A DNA stretch of 63,406 nt, filler included. It is 13 parts of 13 records of this genome, joined end to end, with 100 filler letters (N's around TTAATTAATTAA, not from the genome) between each part and the next. Parts side by side here need not be neighbours in the genome. Positions count along the whole stretch, not along the records: positions 1 to 4,804 come from SRR7504441_23982; positions 4,905 to 9,180 come from SRR7504441_24001; positions 9,281 to 16,964 come from SRR7504441_24026; 10 more parts are not named here. One strand, given 5' to 3'. A model generated the notes under the pieces. That model did not search any database. It saw only the letters and a program-made list of their open reading frames with translations, and was not told the origin of the DNA. Shown piece by piece: positions 1 to 12,185 of the stretch (within the stretch, counting starts at the first letter, position 1; each line of letters begins with the position of its first letter). The position numbers and the translations under genes were made by a program.

Positions 1-2
1 AC

Positions 3-2280
3 TGGGCGCTGGTGCACCCGGAGCAGCCCAACTTGTACCGGCCGGTCCAGTCCGGCGAGCTGGTGGCCTTTCGCAACCCGACCACGGGCCAATACCTCGG
101 CTACTCGAGCTTCCAGGACGACGTGCCCCCCCCCCCCACGCCGTTCGGCTCAGCTAGGACAGGTGCCGTTCACACCGCAGTCCGAGATATCGCGATCGGC
201 CCAGTTCCGGCTGCTCACCACTGAGGACGCCAGGAACGAGTTTGAGAGCACCGCCAGAGTCAAGATCCAGCCTGGGCTCGGGCCTGTGGACCCTGGCGAC
301 CTGGTGCTGCTGATGCCGCAGACCGACGGATCGGCCCTGCGCAAGGTGGACGCGTACTCGGTGTACAGCAAGTCGTCGGCCGGCCTGTTGTTTGTGACAG
401 ACTCTAGCTTTGTCGGGTGGCAGCTGGCGCTCTCTGAGCACAACACGTGCGCCCGGACTGAGCAGACCGACGGGATCGACTGCTGCAGCTGGCGGGCGGT
501 CCAGGGCGCCAACCGGGGGGTGGCCCGGTCGGAGCAGCTGCACTGCTGCGCCCGCACGCTCGTCTCTGAGTGCTCGAGCTCGGTGCGTCGGATCCGTGAG
601 TGCTCCGCAGGGTTTGAGCCCAATGACCAGCTCAGACAGTCGCTGACCGCGCGCGAACAGTGGGAACGGGCCAAGGCGGTGGCGGCTCCGGTGCAGGCTC
701 AGCTGCTCGAGAAGCAGGCCTCGCATGAGCAGGCGCTCGCAGCGGTGAGCGCGGCTGAGACCCGTCGGAGCGACAACGAGCAGAAGGCCAGCGAGTGGTG
801 GCTCAAGGCCAACACCACGGCCGGACTGCTCGAGCGACAGCCGCACCGGCGGAGCGAGCTCGAGGCTAAGATCAGCGCCCAGCAGGCAAGTGCAGTTGAG
901 CACCAGCTGAAGCGAGAAGAGGCAGAACGGCAGCTTGAAACAGTGCGACTGGGGCTTAGCGGCTGGATGACCGGGCGGGCAGGCGCAAGCCCAGAAGAGT
1001 CAGACCGGCCAGCAGCTGCAGGTGGCGTTGGGTGCGGCGAACAACGCGCAGGCGGAGGCCGACAGACAGAAGGAGGCTTACGTGAGCACTCTCGAGGGCG
1101 GGCAATGCTGTGGGCGGGTGGAGACTTCGCCGGCGGGCAGCAACCCGAAGGTCACCGAGTTGGAGTGTTGCGACGCCAGCGGCTGCCGCTACAGAGCGCC
1201 AGAGCACACTGAGATCAGCCACAAGGCAGCCCACCCCAGCTGGGGTGGCTGAGCTGGGGGCAGGAGTGTAGCTACAGCGGTCAGCTGACTGCTGCCGGCT
1301 GCCGGTGCAAGCAAGGCCGAGCCGGGGTGGACTGCAGCATCGAGAGCAGCGACCAGTGCTTCGGGGGCGAGCGAAGCAACGGGGAGCGGCCGGAAGGTCT
1401 GGCTGGGTGTAAGACATGCTACAAGTGCCGGTCGGGCCCACCGCGGGTTCAAGACGGCAAAGTGGTCGAGGCTGGGGACGACCAGTGCCTGCTTCCGCGC
1501 GGGCCGGAGCAGATGTGCCTCTCGTGCCCCGAGGGCGCCGGGCTGATCAGATTGGGCGACTCAGCGGCCGGGTGGGACCGTGGATACCACCAGCTGGGAG
1601 AGTGCAGATTGCCGCCTAAGCTGTCGATAAAACTGGCCACGACCGACGCCAAGCAACCGATCAAGTGCGAGGCGCTGGTAGCTCGGCCGGGCCGGGCGCC
1701 CGATGAGCCTGTCGGCAGTGCCATCCAGGTCGCGCGGCCAACTTCCGGGAGAGCCGACTATTCTGGTGCAACAAGGCAAGAACTGACCAAACCGACCGGC
1801 CGTGATCGGGCCTGGCAGGTGTGCTCGGGCTGGAACAGACTGAGTCTGACGCGGGACGGGGCTTTGGTCAAGGCAGCCGCGCTGTGCAACGCTGTCCGGG
1901 ACACGAGCTGCCATGTGGACAGCTCAGCCACCGAAGCAAGCCCGTTGGCGGTGGTCGGCTCCGCGAACAGCACAGCGCCGTCCACGTGCTTCTCGCGGGA
2001 GAATGTGCAAATGCGAGGGCTGTGCGTGGCCAAGCAAGCCGGCGAGCCGTGCACCCAGCCACCGGTGCAGGAGATGCCGTGGCTGGTGAGCAAGGTCCAG
2101 CCGGTGGCCGCGGGTGGTGGGTTGACAGCGATGCAGGTGACTGACACAGATAGCAGCGAGGCAGCCGGCTGGTGCTGCTACCAGAATGAGAACGACGGGC
2201 TGCCAGACTGGGTCGATCATTTCGAATCGGCGACCAAGGCGGGCTCGTTCTGGTGCGCTGGAATTGCCATGCAGCTTTAG
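3..2280 (+). CDS. 5'-truncated Cys-rich protein with coiled coil and EGF-like motif, function unknown
   Basis: ORFs 12..224, 163..1212, 1022..1252 and 1327..2280 join through introns 123-162, about 943-982 and GC-AG 1226-1263. Splicing yields the EGF-like motif ECSYSGQLTAAGCRCKQGRAGVDCS. Confidence 0.65.
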
Positions 2281-2444
2281 GTCAATAACGTCCCACGGTC
2301 AACTCGGCTTGTAAACTCGAGTTACTCGACACACGTACTTACACGCATGACGCATCCGTAACGCATCCGTCAGCTGAGTAAATTTGATTATATGTACAGG
2401 ATGACTAGACCGTTCATTTATAAACATGCGTGTACATAGTAAAT

Positions 2445-3320
2445 CTAAATATTCAGGAGTGAATTGCGCCGCAACCGAGACGTAATTGGTAAGCTTGTGC
2501 TACGCATGCTCGTCGCGAGCTCCGCCTCGGCTTCTAGCTCGGCCACCTTGGCCTCTAGCTCCACTACCCTGGCCTCGGCATCAAGTGCCCTATGCCGCAT
2601 CCTGAGAGATTCTTTCACTTTGGCCTCCATCTCAGCTACCTTAGCCTCTGCTTTGGCAGCCCGTCTTTCAGCGCCCTCCAGCTCATACGCTTGTCGCTGT
2701 GCCTGGCGGTCTAACCCAGATGCCCTTGTCTCGGCCGTTTTTACTCTATTCTCCGCATTGCTGCATGCATTTTCCAGTTCACGGGTGATGTGATATACGG
2801 CCCTGCTGTCCTCTTCACTTAGCAGGCCATTCAGCTGAATCTCTGTGGTTTGTGCGAACTGCCAGCTGCTGGGTGCCATGATCACTCGCTCTACATTGCC
2901 GTCTTCAGCACCGCTCTCCATGCATGGACCGCAGATTCGGGCATCATCGCTGGCCTCTCGTCGTGGGCCACAGTCGTCACACAGCACTCTGGTGCAAACG
3001 CTGCAGGTGTGCTTCCAACGAAGCAACCCAAACTCCTTCTGGCACCCCTCGCACTTCTCTTGTGCTTTCTTGTGCCTTTTATGCGCATTCCTGGAGATCA
3101 GGTAGGACTGCAGGAGGAACGCCTGGTGGAGCGTATAGGCCTCGTCGGTGCCTGCGCTGGAGTGGCGCCGCTGCCTCCAGGTGGCCTGGAACGCTGCCAC
3201 TTTCTGCTGCACCTCGTCAGCGCTCGCTCTGCGACTGCGCTGGCTAGCAACTGCGGTGTGCATCTGGCCTGCGCTGCAGCTGCTGCCGCCATTCGGAGAG
3301 GCAGATCGGGGAGGGCTCAT
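2445..3320 (-). CDS. FYVE-like zinc finger + coiled-coil protein
   Basis: CEGCQKEFGLLRWKHTCSVCTRVLCDDC...RICGPC matches the FYVE pattern, followed by a heptad-rich C-terminus. Start codon uncertain. Confidence 0.75.
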   Translation of the reverse strand: MSPPRSASPNGGSSCSAGQMHTAVASQRSRRASADEVQQKVAAFQATWRQRRHSSAGTDEAYTLHQAFLLQSYLISRNAHKRHKKAQEKCEGCQKEFGLLRWKHTCSVCTRVLCDDCGPRREASDDARICGPCMESGAEDGNVERVIMAPSSWQFAQTTEIQLNGLLSEEDSRAVYHITRELENACSNAENRVKTAETRASGLDRQAQRQAYELEGAERRAAKAEAKVAEMEAKVKESLRMRHRALDAEARVVELEAKVAELEAEAELATSMRSTSLPITSRLRRNSLLNI

Positions 3321-3500
3321 CGTGTGTTCTCTCCGCCGAACAGGTCCCGCGCTTTTTTTAGTGGACTCTATTTTTGGAACTGAAACGACAGACACAATCG
3401 ACACCGGTGCACGTCGACACGCGCACATGTAGGATAATCGGCGCGTCAAATCCTCGAGAGCGCGTCATGTCTAGCTCGTGATGTAGTTTTATACAAATAT

Positions 3501-4697
3501 TTATTCATTGATGTTGCGGATAATCGCATGACAGACAGGTCGGTAGTTGCCCGCCGGGCCCTTCTCGTCCGTAATTCCTGTCCACAACACAGAGTAGCAG
3601 CCTCGACACCGCTCCGGCTCGGGTGCCAGCCCAAGAGGAGTGCGCACTTGCCCGCAGGGCCGTCGGTCGTCGCCTTGCACCGCCAGGAGCGCACTATGCT
3701 CCCAAGTGACTCCGTCCTCCGAAGCTGCCATCCCGATCCGGTCACACCCTGTGCGGCTGGAGCAGACCCCGGCCGAGTTGTCGGGCGGCGGCTGCTCGAG
3801 CGCGTCGTACACCGCCAGATAGTGCTTGCCGTCGGTCGACATGGTGGTCACTACCGGATTCTCCGGCGCAAAGCACAACCCGGCCGAGCAGTTTGAGCCA
3901 GAGGCCAGGTTGGGGCCCACGCCCTTCCAGGCGCCGCCCGGGAGATGCGGGTCCACAGGCGCAATCAACCCAGCGCTAAAGCTGCTTGCACCCGGGATAT
4001 TATTCCGGAAGCCGGCCCAGCTGCCGTTCCGGAGCCGCCAGGCCGAGAACGCGTGAGAGTCATTGACAGCGACGTTGCTCACACCCTCGCCGCCAGGAGG
4101 GAGCCGGCTGCCCGGCTGGCCAGGCACGTCGACGAATGGCCCGAGCATCGAGTCAGTAATGCTCACAGCCCAGGTGATGCCGTTGAAAGCTCGGTCGCCG
4201 AAGTGGCTGTTCTGGTTGCTGCTGTAGAACAAGTTCCAGACCGGCCGGCTCCCGTTGACTGCCGACCGCCCGAACAGCAGCGTGGGGGCCCAGGTGACGA
4301 AGCTCGGCGCGTCCGGGGTGCCCGAGCAGCACGACGGGCCGCACGGGGCTCGGCAGCTCGCTCGGCCGCACAGCGTCTCAATGTGCGAGCCATTCATCAG
4401 CGTCCCGAGCCGGCGCCAGGGCCCGGTGCTATTGGGCGCCTTCCACAGCGCGGCGCGAGTGACCAGGTCCCACACCACCCCGGGGCACAGCCCGAGCTCA
4501 TTGGCCGTGTAGTAGAACCCGTCGCTCCGCCGGGCGAACTGGCCGGTCTCGAAGCCGGCCAGGACCCGGTGCGCTCGCACGTCCGGGTGGCCAGACCCGA
4601 TCACTGGCGATGCGGAGGTCTCCACCAGCTGCCACTCGGGCCATCCCGCGGCCCAGCACAGGGGCGCCAGTAGCCCGGCCCAGACCAACCGGTGCAT
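3501..4697 (-). CDS. Secreted protein, possibly a beta-propeller glycoside hydrolase-like fold
   Basis: Intronless 398 aa with an N-terminal signal peptide. Segments such as TWAPTL, WNLFYS, ITWAVS..MLGPF, PENPVV and RIGMAASEDGVTW resemble GH43/GH32-clan blades. Confidence 0.5.
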   Translation of the reverse strand: MHRLVWAGLLAPLCWAAGWPEWQLVETSASPVIGSGHPDVRAHRVLAGFETGQFARRSDGFYYTANELGLCPGVVWDLVTRAALWKAPNSTGPWRRLGTLMNGSHIETLCGRASCRAPCGPSCCSGTPDAPSFVTWAPTLLFGRSAVNGSRPVWNLFYSSNQNSHFGDRAFNGITWAVSITDSMLGPFVDVPGQPGSRLPPGGEGVSNVAVNDSHAFSAWRLRNGSWAGFRNNIPGASSFSAGLIAPVDPHLPGGAWKGVGPNLASGSNCSAGLCFAPENPVVTTMSTDGKHYLAVYDALEQPPPDNSAGVCSSRTGCDRIGMAASEDGVTWEHSALLAVQGDDRRPCGQVRTPLGLAPEPERCRGCYSVLWTGITDEKGPAGNYRPVCHAIIRNINE

Positions 4698-4804
4698 CTT
4701 CTGAGGCGGGTGGCTGCCGTTGGCGCCACCAAATGGAGAGGGCCCGCGGCAAGAGGGCGGAGTCGGCCCGCTTGGAGGTCGAGCGGATCGTGGCCCGGCG
4801 GGAG

Positions 4805-4904
4805 NNNNNNNNNNNNNNNNNNNNNNNNNNNNNNNNNNNNNNNNNNNNTTAATTAATTAANNNNNNNNNNNNNNNNNNNNNNNNNNNNNNNNNNNNNNNN
4901 NNNN
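4805..4904. other. Artificial contig-joining spacer (first of 12)
   Basis: 44 N + TTAATTAATTAA (stops in all six frames) + 44 N. Identical spacers at 9181, 16965, 22374, 25968, 30069, 36218, 40004, 43523, 47761, 53240 and 57724. Adjacency across these spacers is not biological. Confidence 0.98.
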
Positions 4905-6928
4905 GCCGGCGGCTTCTGCCCTGGGGTGAACCCACAGGGTTGGGAGGCGGGGCTGGCCAGGCTGGACGGAGTGCGGGCCCAGATGCGCGGCGCACCAAAC
5001 TGCCAGCCAGACTCGGCCAGGGGCGACCGGTGCTGGAACATGAGCGCTCGGACTGGACACGGGCTGACCCGCGACATGCTCGAACGCAGCCGCAAGCACG
5101 TCGGCAACGTCCACAGGCTCAGGCGGGCGCTCTGCCGGCTGTTCCAAGGTCGGCCGCTCCGTGTGATGATACTCGGGGGCTCCAACTGCGCCGGGGGGCA
5201 ACGTGTGGCGCCGTACAACACCTTCCCGCACCGGCTTGAGCGGTTGCTTAACGCGGCGTTCCCTGTTTCCGGCGGGAGCGACCACACAGTGCTTGACAAG
5301 TGCATCCCTGGCACCGGTATCGCATCGCGGGCTGCTGCTCTTGTGAACCTTGTGTATGCTTACGAGCTGGTGTCTAACCTGCTGGTTGCCAGGGAGCTGT
5401 GCGGCGGTGCAGATGGTTGGTCCACAGCTCGATCTGCACCCCGAGATTGACTTGCTGATCGGTGAGTTCGCAGTAAACGACGGTCTGGAGCACGACCCGG
5501 TGCCGCACCCGTACAGCGGTGCCCTGACGCAAGTGCCAGTTTTACGTGTCGCCTCCTCAGTCCGAGCTGTATGAGCCGGTGAGAGGCTGCGTCGAGCTGC
5601 TCATCCGACGAGTGCTGTGCGGGCCCGCTGTGTCGAGGCTGCTCACCGGATGGCAGGGAGCGGAGCGATTCACTAGCGCTGGTGATGCTCGAGCTCTCGA
5701 GCTTCCACACCAGGTTTGCCGGGAGCGGCACACAGCAACACATAACTGACTTCTACGCCATTCCTCACCTGTCGTGGCGCGACGCTGTCGTGCCGGCAAT
5801 GCGCAGCCCCGCCGGTCGGTTCACTGACTACCAGCCGGTGGGTTAACAAGAAACCACAACCGATAGCTGTTGTGAAATGCAGGTTGAGCTGCTCCCGTGC
5901 AAGTGGCAAGCCCCAGTGCCTTGGGGCCTCGATCTGCACAACATCAAGATTCCGCCCGGGCACCCTCGCCCGTGCCGCAGTGTGTGGCAGATCGACGCGG
6001 TGCACATGGATGCGTGGGGGCATATGGTCGTCACAGATATCATTGCTCAGATGATCACTACAGAGGCCTCGGCGCCTCGGCGAGCTCACATAGTACCACC
6101 GGACCGTTTGATTAGTAACTGGACGTTGCACGAGAACATCATATTCGACAACGGTCTACCAGGGGCTCCTGCCGAGCCACAGGCCGGTGCAGGCGAGAGA
6201 GGCTCTGGGGCTCTCTCGATGCCAGGAAATGTGTTTGCCCAGTACAGCCGGTTGCCGGTGTACGCTAGTGGCGTAACGTCAGGTGCTGGCCGGCAGACTG
6301 GCACTGGTCAGCACTCTGGATGCCCAAATGTGGCCGCAATCTTCCGGTCCGGCCCTGAAGCGGGGGCAGGGGCTGGACCATTGGTCAGTCAAGAATATTC
6401 ATCCGGATCTGTACAAGCACTACACCCAGAGCAAGACAGACGACGAAGTCGAACGGTCCTATCTCTGCCTGGCTGCTGCTGTACGAGTGGGCCAGCATGT
6501 GTAAATTCAAGCCATTAGATAGTAGCGGGTTCAAGCTGACAGAGGACCGCCCAAAGAAGCCTGGCTGGATAAGTGACGCGAGCAATAGCAGCTCAATCAC
6601 ATTCGAGATTGTGGTTCCGCCTGAACAGCAATACCAGGTTTCTTTAGCGCAAGAGTGGCCTAAGGTAGCACTTGCTGTGCAGGTGTACCTTTCGTTTCTC
6701 AAATCATACGAGGGAATGGGCGAGTTTGAAGTTGTCATTACCCAAAATGAAACAGAGATGAGCCGCAAGTTGGTCAACGGTGCATGGGAGCGTAAGAGGT
6801 CAACTGTAGAAGAAGAACTTGTCGGTAAATGCACAGGCCGAGCTAAGATGACGATCAAAACGCGTCCAAGACCAAATAATAGCAAAGTCAAACTCGTGGC
6901 GTTTCGAGTGATACACTCACTCACATGA
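4905..6928 (+). CDS. SGNH/GDSL hydrolase-family protein (5'-truncated, multi-exon)
   Basis: Block I VMILGGSNCAG, block II PGTG, block III DLLIGEFAVND and block V DAVHMDAWGH are distributed over ORFs separated by short GT-AG introns. Confidence 0.7.
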
Positions 6929-7143
6929 CGCATCGATCGTCTCATTCATAAATGAAATAAATAGTAGTCCGCACTTTGACTGCACCATTGATTTCAATCT
7001 GAATTGTTCAAATGGCAAATGTTACGTGCATTGCAAGATTCCGTTCAGTATTTATTAATTACCTCTACATGAATTGTATCGCAATCGCAATCTTCATCTC
7101 GTGACCAAGACAAGCTATATATATAATGTCCTTGTGTGTGCAA

Positions 7144-8841
7144 TTAAACTGGTACTGGGGCGCCATACTTCTGTTTCAGCTTTTTGAATAAGTCCTCCTC
7201 CTTGCCCTTGTATGATGCCAGCAACTTGTCTATTTTGCTAATATTGTCCGGGTTGTGCTCCTCAAAGAAGCTTACTAACCTCTCCTTTGGTGTTCTGTCA
7301 CTCTTGGGCGCAGGCTTGCGAGTCTTCTTCTTCTCTGGTTTGGGAGCCTCAGCCTTCACCTCCGCTGGCTTGGCCTCCTCTGCAGCTGGGGCCGGGGCTG
7401 GGGCCGGCTCAGGCTCAGCTTTAGGTGCTGCTGCAGCAGGCGCTTTTGCTGCAGGCGCAGGCGCAGGCTTGCTCTTGTTGGAAGCCCCTGCGGTGCACGG
7501 CATCAGCACTGCCCCAAGCTCGGCTAGACCTGCTGTGGCTTTCGCAACTGCCTTCGCCACCAACGCCTGTGCATCCTCCACTGCTCCCAAGAACTGACCC
7601 CGGCCTCGTACAGCCCCCAGGACACACGCCCACCTCGTCCTTGCTCTCCATCGTCTTCTCCTTCAGATCCTCCAGCTGGAACTTGAGCACTTTCATCTGC
7701 GCCCTATTCGCGCCCTGCTAACCACTCGGGAGCCACACCTGCTTTGTCACTTGCTTCACAGCAGATGGATCAATGTTCGAGCCTCCAGATGCCCGGATCT
7801 TCTTCATCTGCGCCAGCTCGCGCCCCGGGCAGCTGGCCTGGCACCTGCTGCTCCAGCGTGAGGATCGTTGAGGCTTCCTGCTCCCACTTTGTCCTCCAGC
7901 TCTCACACTCAGCCTGCCCATGCTCAGCACACTGAGCTCCGCATCCAGCCGGCACCTTCCAGTAATCATCGCCAGCCGTGACCGGGAGCTCTTGCTTCCC
8001 GCCGCTGGGCATCGACGCCTGCCTGCAGTCGACGGCCGGGGTACGCAGTGCTATACCTTCTCTGCTGTCGACGGGGCTTTGTCACCACCAGAAGAGTTGG
8101 ACACTGACGAAGTCATCGTCTTCTTCTTGGACTTAGCCTCCGGCGCCGTCAGCCCTGGACCCAACAGCGTGAGGGCAGGCGCTGGCAGCCAGCACCAGTT
8201 TTCTCCAGGTCTCGGACACCTTGCGCGAAGACGTCGCCCCACGACTCGAATTTGAACTCGTCGCGCCAGTCTGTGACGCACTCCATGATCAAGTTCTTCA
8301 GCACCATATCCTGCCCAGCCGCTCGCCGCCTGGCCAGTGGCCGCTGGGCACCGCTTTGACCGCCACTTTATTGAACCGGCTCATCCACTCCTTGGTGGCC
8401 ACTTGCGACTGGAACTCGGTGCAGCTGTTCTGCATCAGCTCCTTCAACACCTGGCCCGGCCCGATCGGCACCCGCGCCAGCACCGCTGCCCACCCGGAGC
8501 GCTGCCACCGCTTCTTGCGTCTTGCCCTTCACGTAGGCCTTGAGGCAATCTAGTGCCATCGCCACGCCTGGTAGCCCGACGCCGTGATCAGGAGGCGGGC
8601 CGCGGCGGGTGTGTGTTGGGGGGGAGGCGGGCACCCTGGCTGTCGCTGGCCTGGATCAGGTGCCGGAGCTCGACGATGGCGGTGGGGTCCTGCAGTCGGT
8701 CAGGCTGCAGGCCGGACCCCGCGCTGAACGCACCTTGCCGCCCGCGTCGATGCACATGGTCGTGAGGTTCTCAAACAGCTGCAGATCAGACCAGCGTCAA
8801 CCGGGGCTCTCCGGCCGGCCCACCTTCTTGTCATTCGACAT
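7144..8841 (-). CDS. VHS-domain protein with coiled coil and C-terminal helical domain (about 11 micro-introns)
   Basis: The spliced N-terminus MSNDKKLFENLTT...DPTAIVELRHLIQ...ALRVLKELMQNSCTEFQSQVATKEWM...LKNLIMECVTDW follows the VHS consensus. C-terminus is RLVSFFEEHNPDNISKIDKLLASYKGKEEDLFKKLKQKYG. Confidence 0.65.
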
Positions 8842-9563
8842 GCTGGCTGCCAACCCGGGTGCTCTCGCCGCTCCCCTGGTCTCCCTGGTGCGCTCTGCCG
8901 CTCTCCAACGGCAGAGCAACGTCAAGTTTGTTTCGCTAGCAGTGCGTCACAGGGTGTGCCTCCTGACCAAGCCGGCACCGCCTCGCGCTGATGTTGGCCA
9001 GCGAGGTCCCAGCCGCGGCCAGCAATCAGCATCCTGATGCTGGGGGGGCAGGACGGGGCTGCGGCAGGGCACGCCGGGCGGCCTTGACTGCGGCTGCCCC
9101 AATGCAAAAACGGTGCAGGCACACGAAATCCGATTACAGTACGTAGAATTTAACACTTGATAACTATATAGATCAGGGCTNNNNNNNNNNNNNNNNNNNN
9201 NNNNNNNNNNNNNNNNNNNNNNNNTTAATTAATTAANNNNNNNNNNNNNNNNNNNNNNNNNNNNNNNNNNNNNNNNNNNNAATGGAATGGGAGGGACAAT
9301 TCTGTTGAATGAATCCTCTATCCCCGAACTCGAAGACACACCCGAGTGTAAGTCGGATGAAGGTCAAGGACACAGCAAGCGATGCGATGCAATCGAATTG
9401 CCGTGTACCTGCTGCAGCAGCACTCCCCAATCATTGCTAGCTCGAGAGAAGTGAGGCACTATTAATTTTGTTGTGGCTTCAGTTCCTTGGAAGTCTCCCA
9501 AGCGAGCACATGTTAACATGCATTGCATCAAATAGCGAGGTCAGCATGGTGGGCGGTTGAGGA

Positions 9564-11812
9564 ATGGATCAGCTCCCCTGGAAACGGCGCAACCGCCGGA
9601 GCAGTGCGGAGTCCAATGCGTCCGTGAGCAGCTGCGCCTGGCGGATTGATCAGCTCGACCGATGCGGGGCACTCTGCCGCCGTTGGTCCCAGGGCAGTGG
9701 GGCCCAGCTTAACGCGGATTCCAGCCCCGCCAGCTACTGCGACTACAGCAACAACCCGCTCTCGGGCAGCAGCCAACGGGCGCTGGCGCTCTACCACGGC
9801 GAACTCGACGTGCTGCTCAGTCACCGCCGGCACGAGCCCGGGCTGACCGTGTGGGCCGACCCGATCTTACGCGAGTTGATCGTAGCCCCCGACTCGGGCG
9901 AGGCCGGCGTGATCGCCGAGGCCAACCAGGCGGTGGCCAGGCGGGTGCTCCGGGCGTTTGTATGCCGCAATCACCAGCTGGGGTACGCGGCCGAGCTGAC
10001 GGATCTGGCGCTGGCGCTGGCGGTGATGACCAGTGAGGCGGAAGCGTTCTGGTTGCTCTGCACCACAGTTGAGGTCCTGCGAGGGTCTGACATATATGAA
10101 CGGCCGCCGTACATGGGCCGCTCCCGGACGGGGGTGCCGCTCCCGACCGGGTTGCTGGTGGAGGCCCAGCTTCTAGTGGAGCTCGTCGACGCACAATGGG
10201 ATAAAGATCAATACCCAATAGTAGAATGGCAGGCGCTTGAGGCCGACGGGCTCCAGATGACGATCGAGAGCACCGTGCTGCACACGATCGGCCGGTTGTG
10301 CCTGGACGCGGTGCCGTTTGAGACGATGCTCGGCATATGGAGCCTCTTCTTCAGCTGCACGTGTGAAGAGACGAGCGCGGATTGCATGCTTCAGGTCAAC
10401 CTGGCCATGCTCAAGTGCCGCGAGGCCATGATCAGCCAGACCATGCGGGAGAGCCCTCAGTTGTGCTGCGAGGCCATGCTGCTCGCCATACAAGACGTCC
10501 AGGTCCTCCCCATCCCCAAGCCTTGGCCTAACAATCAAGCTGCAGGAGCCCGAGCTAACTGAGGCCCTGGCGGCGGTTCGGCAGCGCTGGGACCCCGGCG
10601 CGGTCAGCCGAATGCGCGAGGCCGCCAGGAGCCGGGTGGTGCGGGAATGGACCAACGGTGGGCGGCGGTCGGTATCGTTGTGCTGAGAGCGGTTGAAGGT
10701 GCCAAGCGCGAGTCGCTGGCGGCAAGCACACACTTTACAAAGGACGAAATGGACCGGCTGGTCGAGTGGTTCGCCTTGCAAGAGTTTAGCCCCAGGCACT
10801 ATGGGATGTCAAAGCCCGACTTTGCAGACGCCGTGGCAACGGTGCTGCACACTCGGCTAGCCCCCGAGTCGAGGCGGCAGGTGCTACCCGAAATGTCGGC
10901 CGACTCGGACAAACCTCCGTTCCTGCGCGCCGACCGAGATGAGTCGGGTAGCATCGATTTCAAGGAGTTGGCCGGGATACTCTCGGTGCTGTCCACGGGC
11001 TCTTTTGACGAAAAGGTCAGCCCATGAGTGGCCAGGCAGTCACTGCGTCATGCCAGGTGCTGCTGTGGTTTGACGCCCACGACGTGGACAACTCGGGGTT
11101 TCTAGACTCGGACCAGATGTGCGAGCTGGTCACAACCTTGCTCAGCCACAGGGAAAGCACCGCCCGCCGGGAGCTCGAGGCCACCAATCCAGACCAGCGT
11201 CACAGGCTGGCAGTTGAGCTGGAGCTGTTGGCAAAACAGAGCCTGTTGAGCTCTGCTCGGAACTTGACCGAGCAGATGGACCCTAATAAGGACGGCCTGG
11301 TCAGCCTGCTTGAGTTCCAGCAGTTTGCGGCGGTCAATCCGTTGCTAATCGGCTGCTTTGGGATGAGTGCGGCCGACGAGCTCGGTGTGATGGACCAGAA
11401 ACCAAAGCCTGGGCGCCGGCAGAGTCAACCGAGATATTGGAAGCTGAGCCGTGAGCGCGGGAGTGCTGATCCACAGGGGAGTGAGCGAGTGCTGGAGGCG
11501 AAGGAGAGCGGGCCTGGGTGCGCAATTGCCCCACCGTCCACACCCTCCATGGCCAGAGAGGAAGAGCGCTTGGGCTCGTTCCCCGCGGCCACCTCGTTGG
11601 ACAGCGCGTTGGATGAACAGGAGCAAGGCCACACGGTCAGCCCGGGCTCGTATCTGGGCCGATTGGCCTACCTCGAGGGGATGATGACCGGTTCGGCATC
11701 GCCGAGGCTGCCGTTGGTGCAGCGGATTGCGTCACTAGAAGATGCAATGCTCGGCGAGCCGCAAGAGGGCAAGTATGGCGACCGCCTAGCGCAGCTCGAG
11801 AATCTAATTTAA
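9564..11812 (+). CDS. TBC (Rab-GAP-like) domain + EF-hand protein, degenerate catalytic motifs
   Basis: RRVLRAF..RN..LGY and SEAEAFWLL are TBC motifs. EF-hand loops DRDESGSIDFKE, DVDNSGFLDSDQ and DPNKDGLVSLLE. Three short introns join ORFs 9564, 10647 and 11024. Confidence 0.8.
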
Positions 11813-12185
11813 TTAGATCTACGGTACAACAAGATTACGCACAGACATGTCAAGATGTACTCGTACAATCGGAGTTAATTATTGATAAATTGTTGATCGA
11901 TATCAGTAGTATTCTAGTAACATGTAGTAACACTGATTACTGAGATCAGATGCCATGCCGGGTAGATGCTAGTGTTGCTCAAGCATAGCGTTGAGTACCA
12001 GTAGACCGACGCAGTAGATGACCACTTCACACCCTGGAAACTAGGCAAAGCCAGGCGAGGCGGCTCGAGGGCGGCTTCTGGCGAGTATGACTTGGAACGG
12101 CCCTGCTGGGCCTGAACGTGGCCTGAAGCAACCTTTCTCAACCACCTATCGGCCGTTGTTGCAAGAGTTCATTACAGCTACCGTC

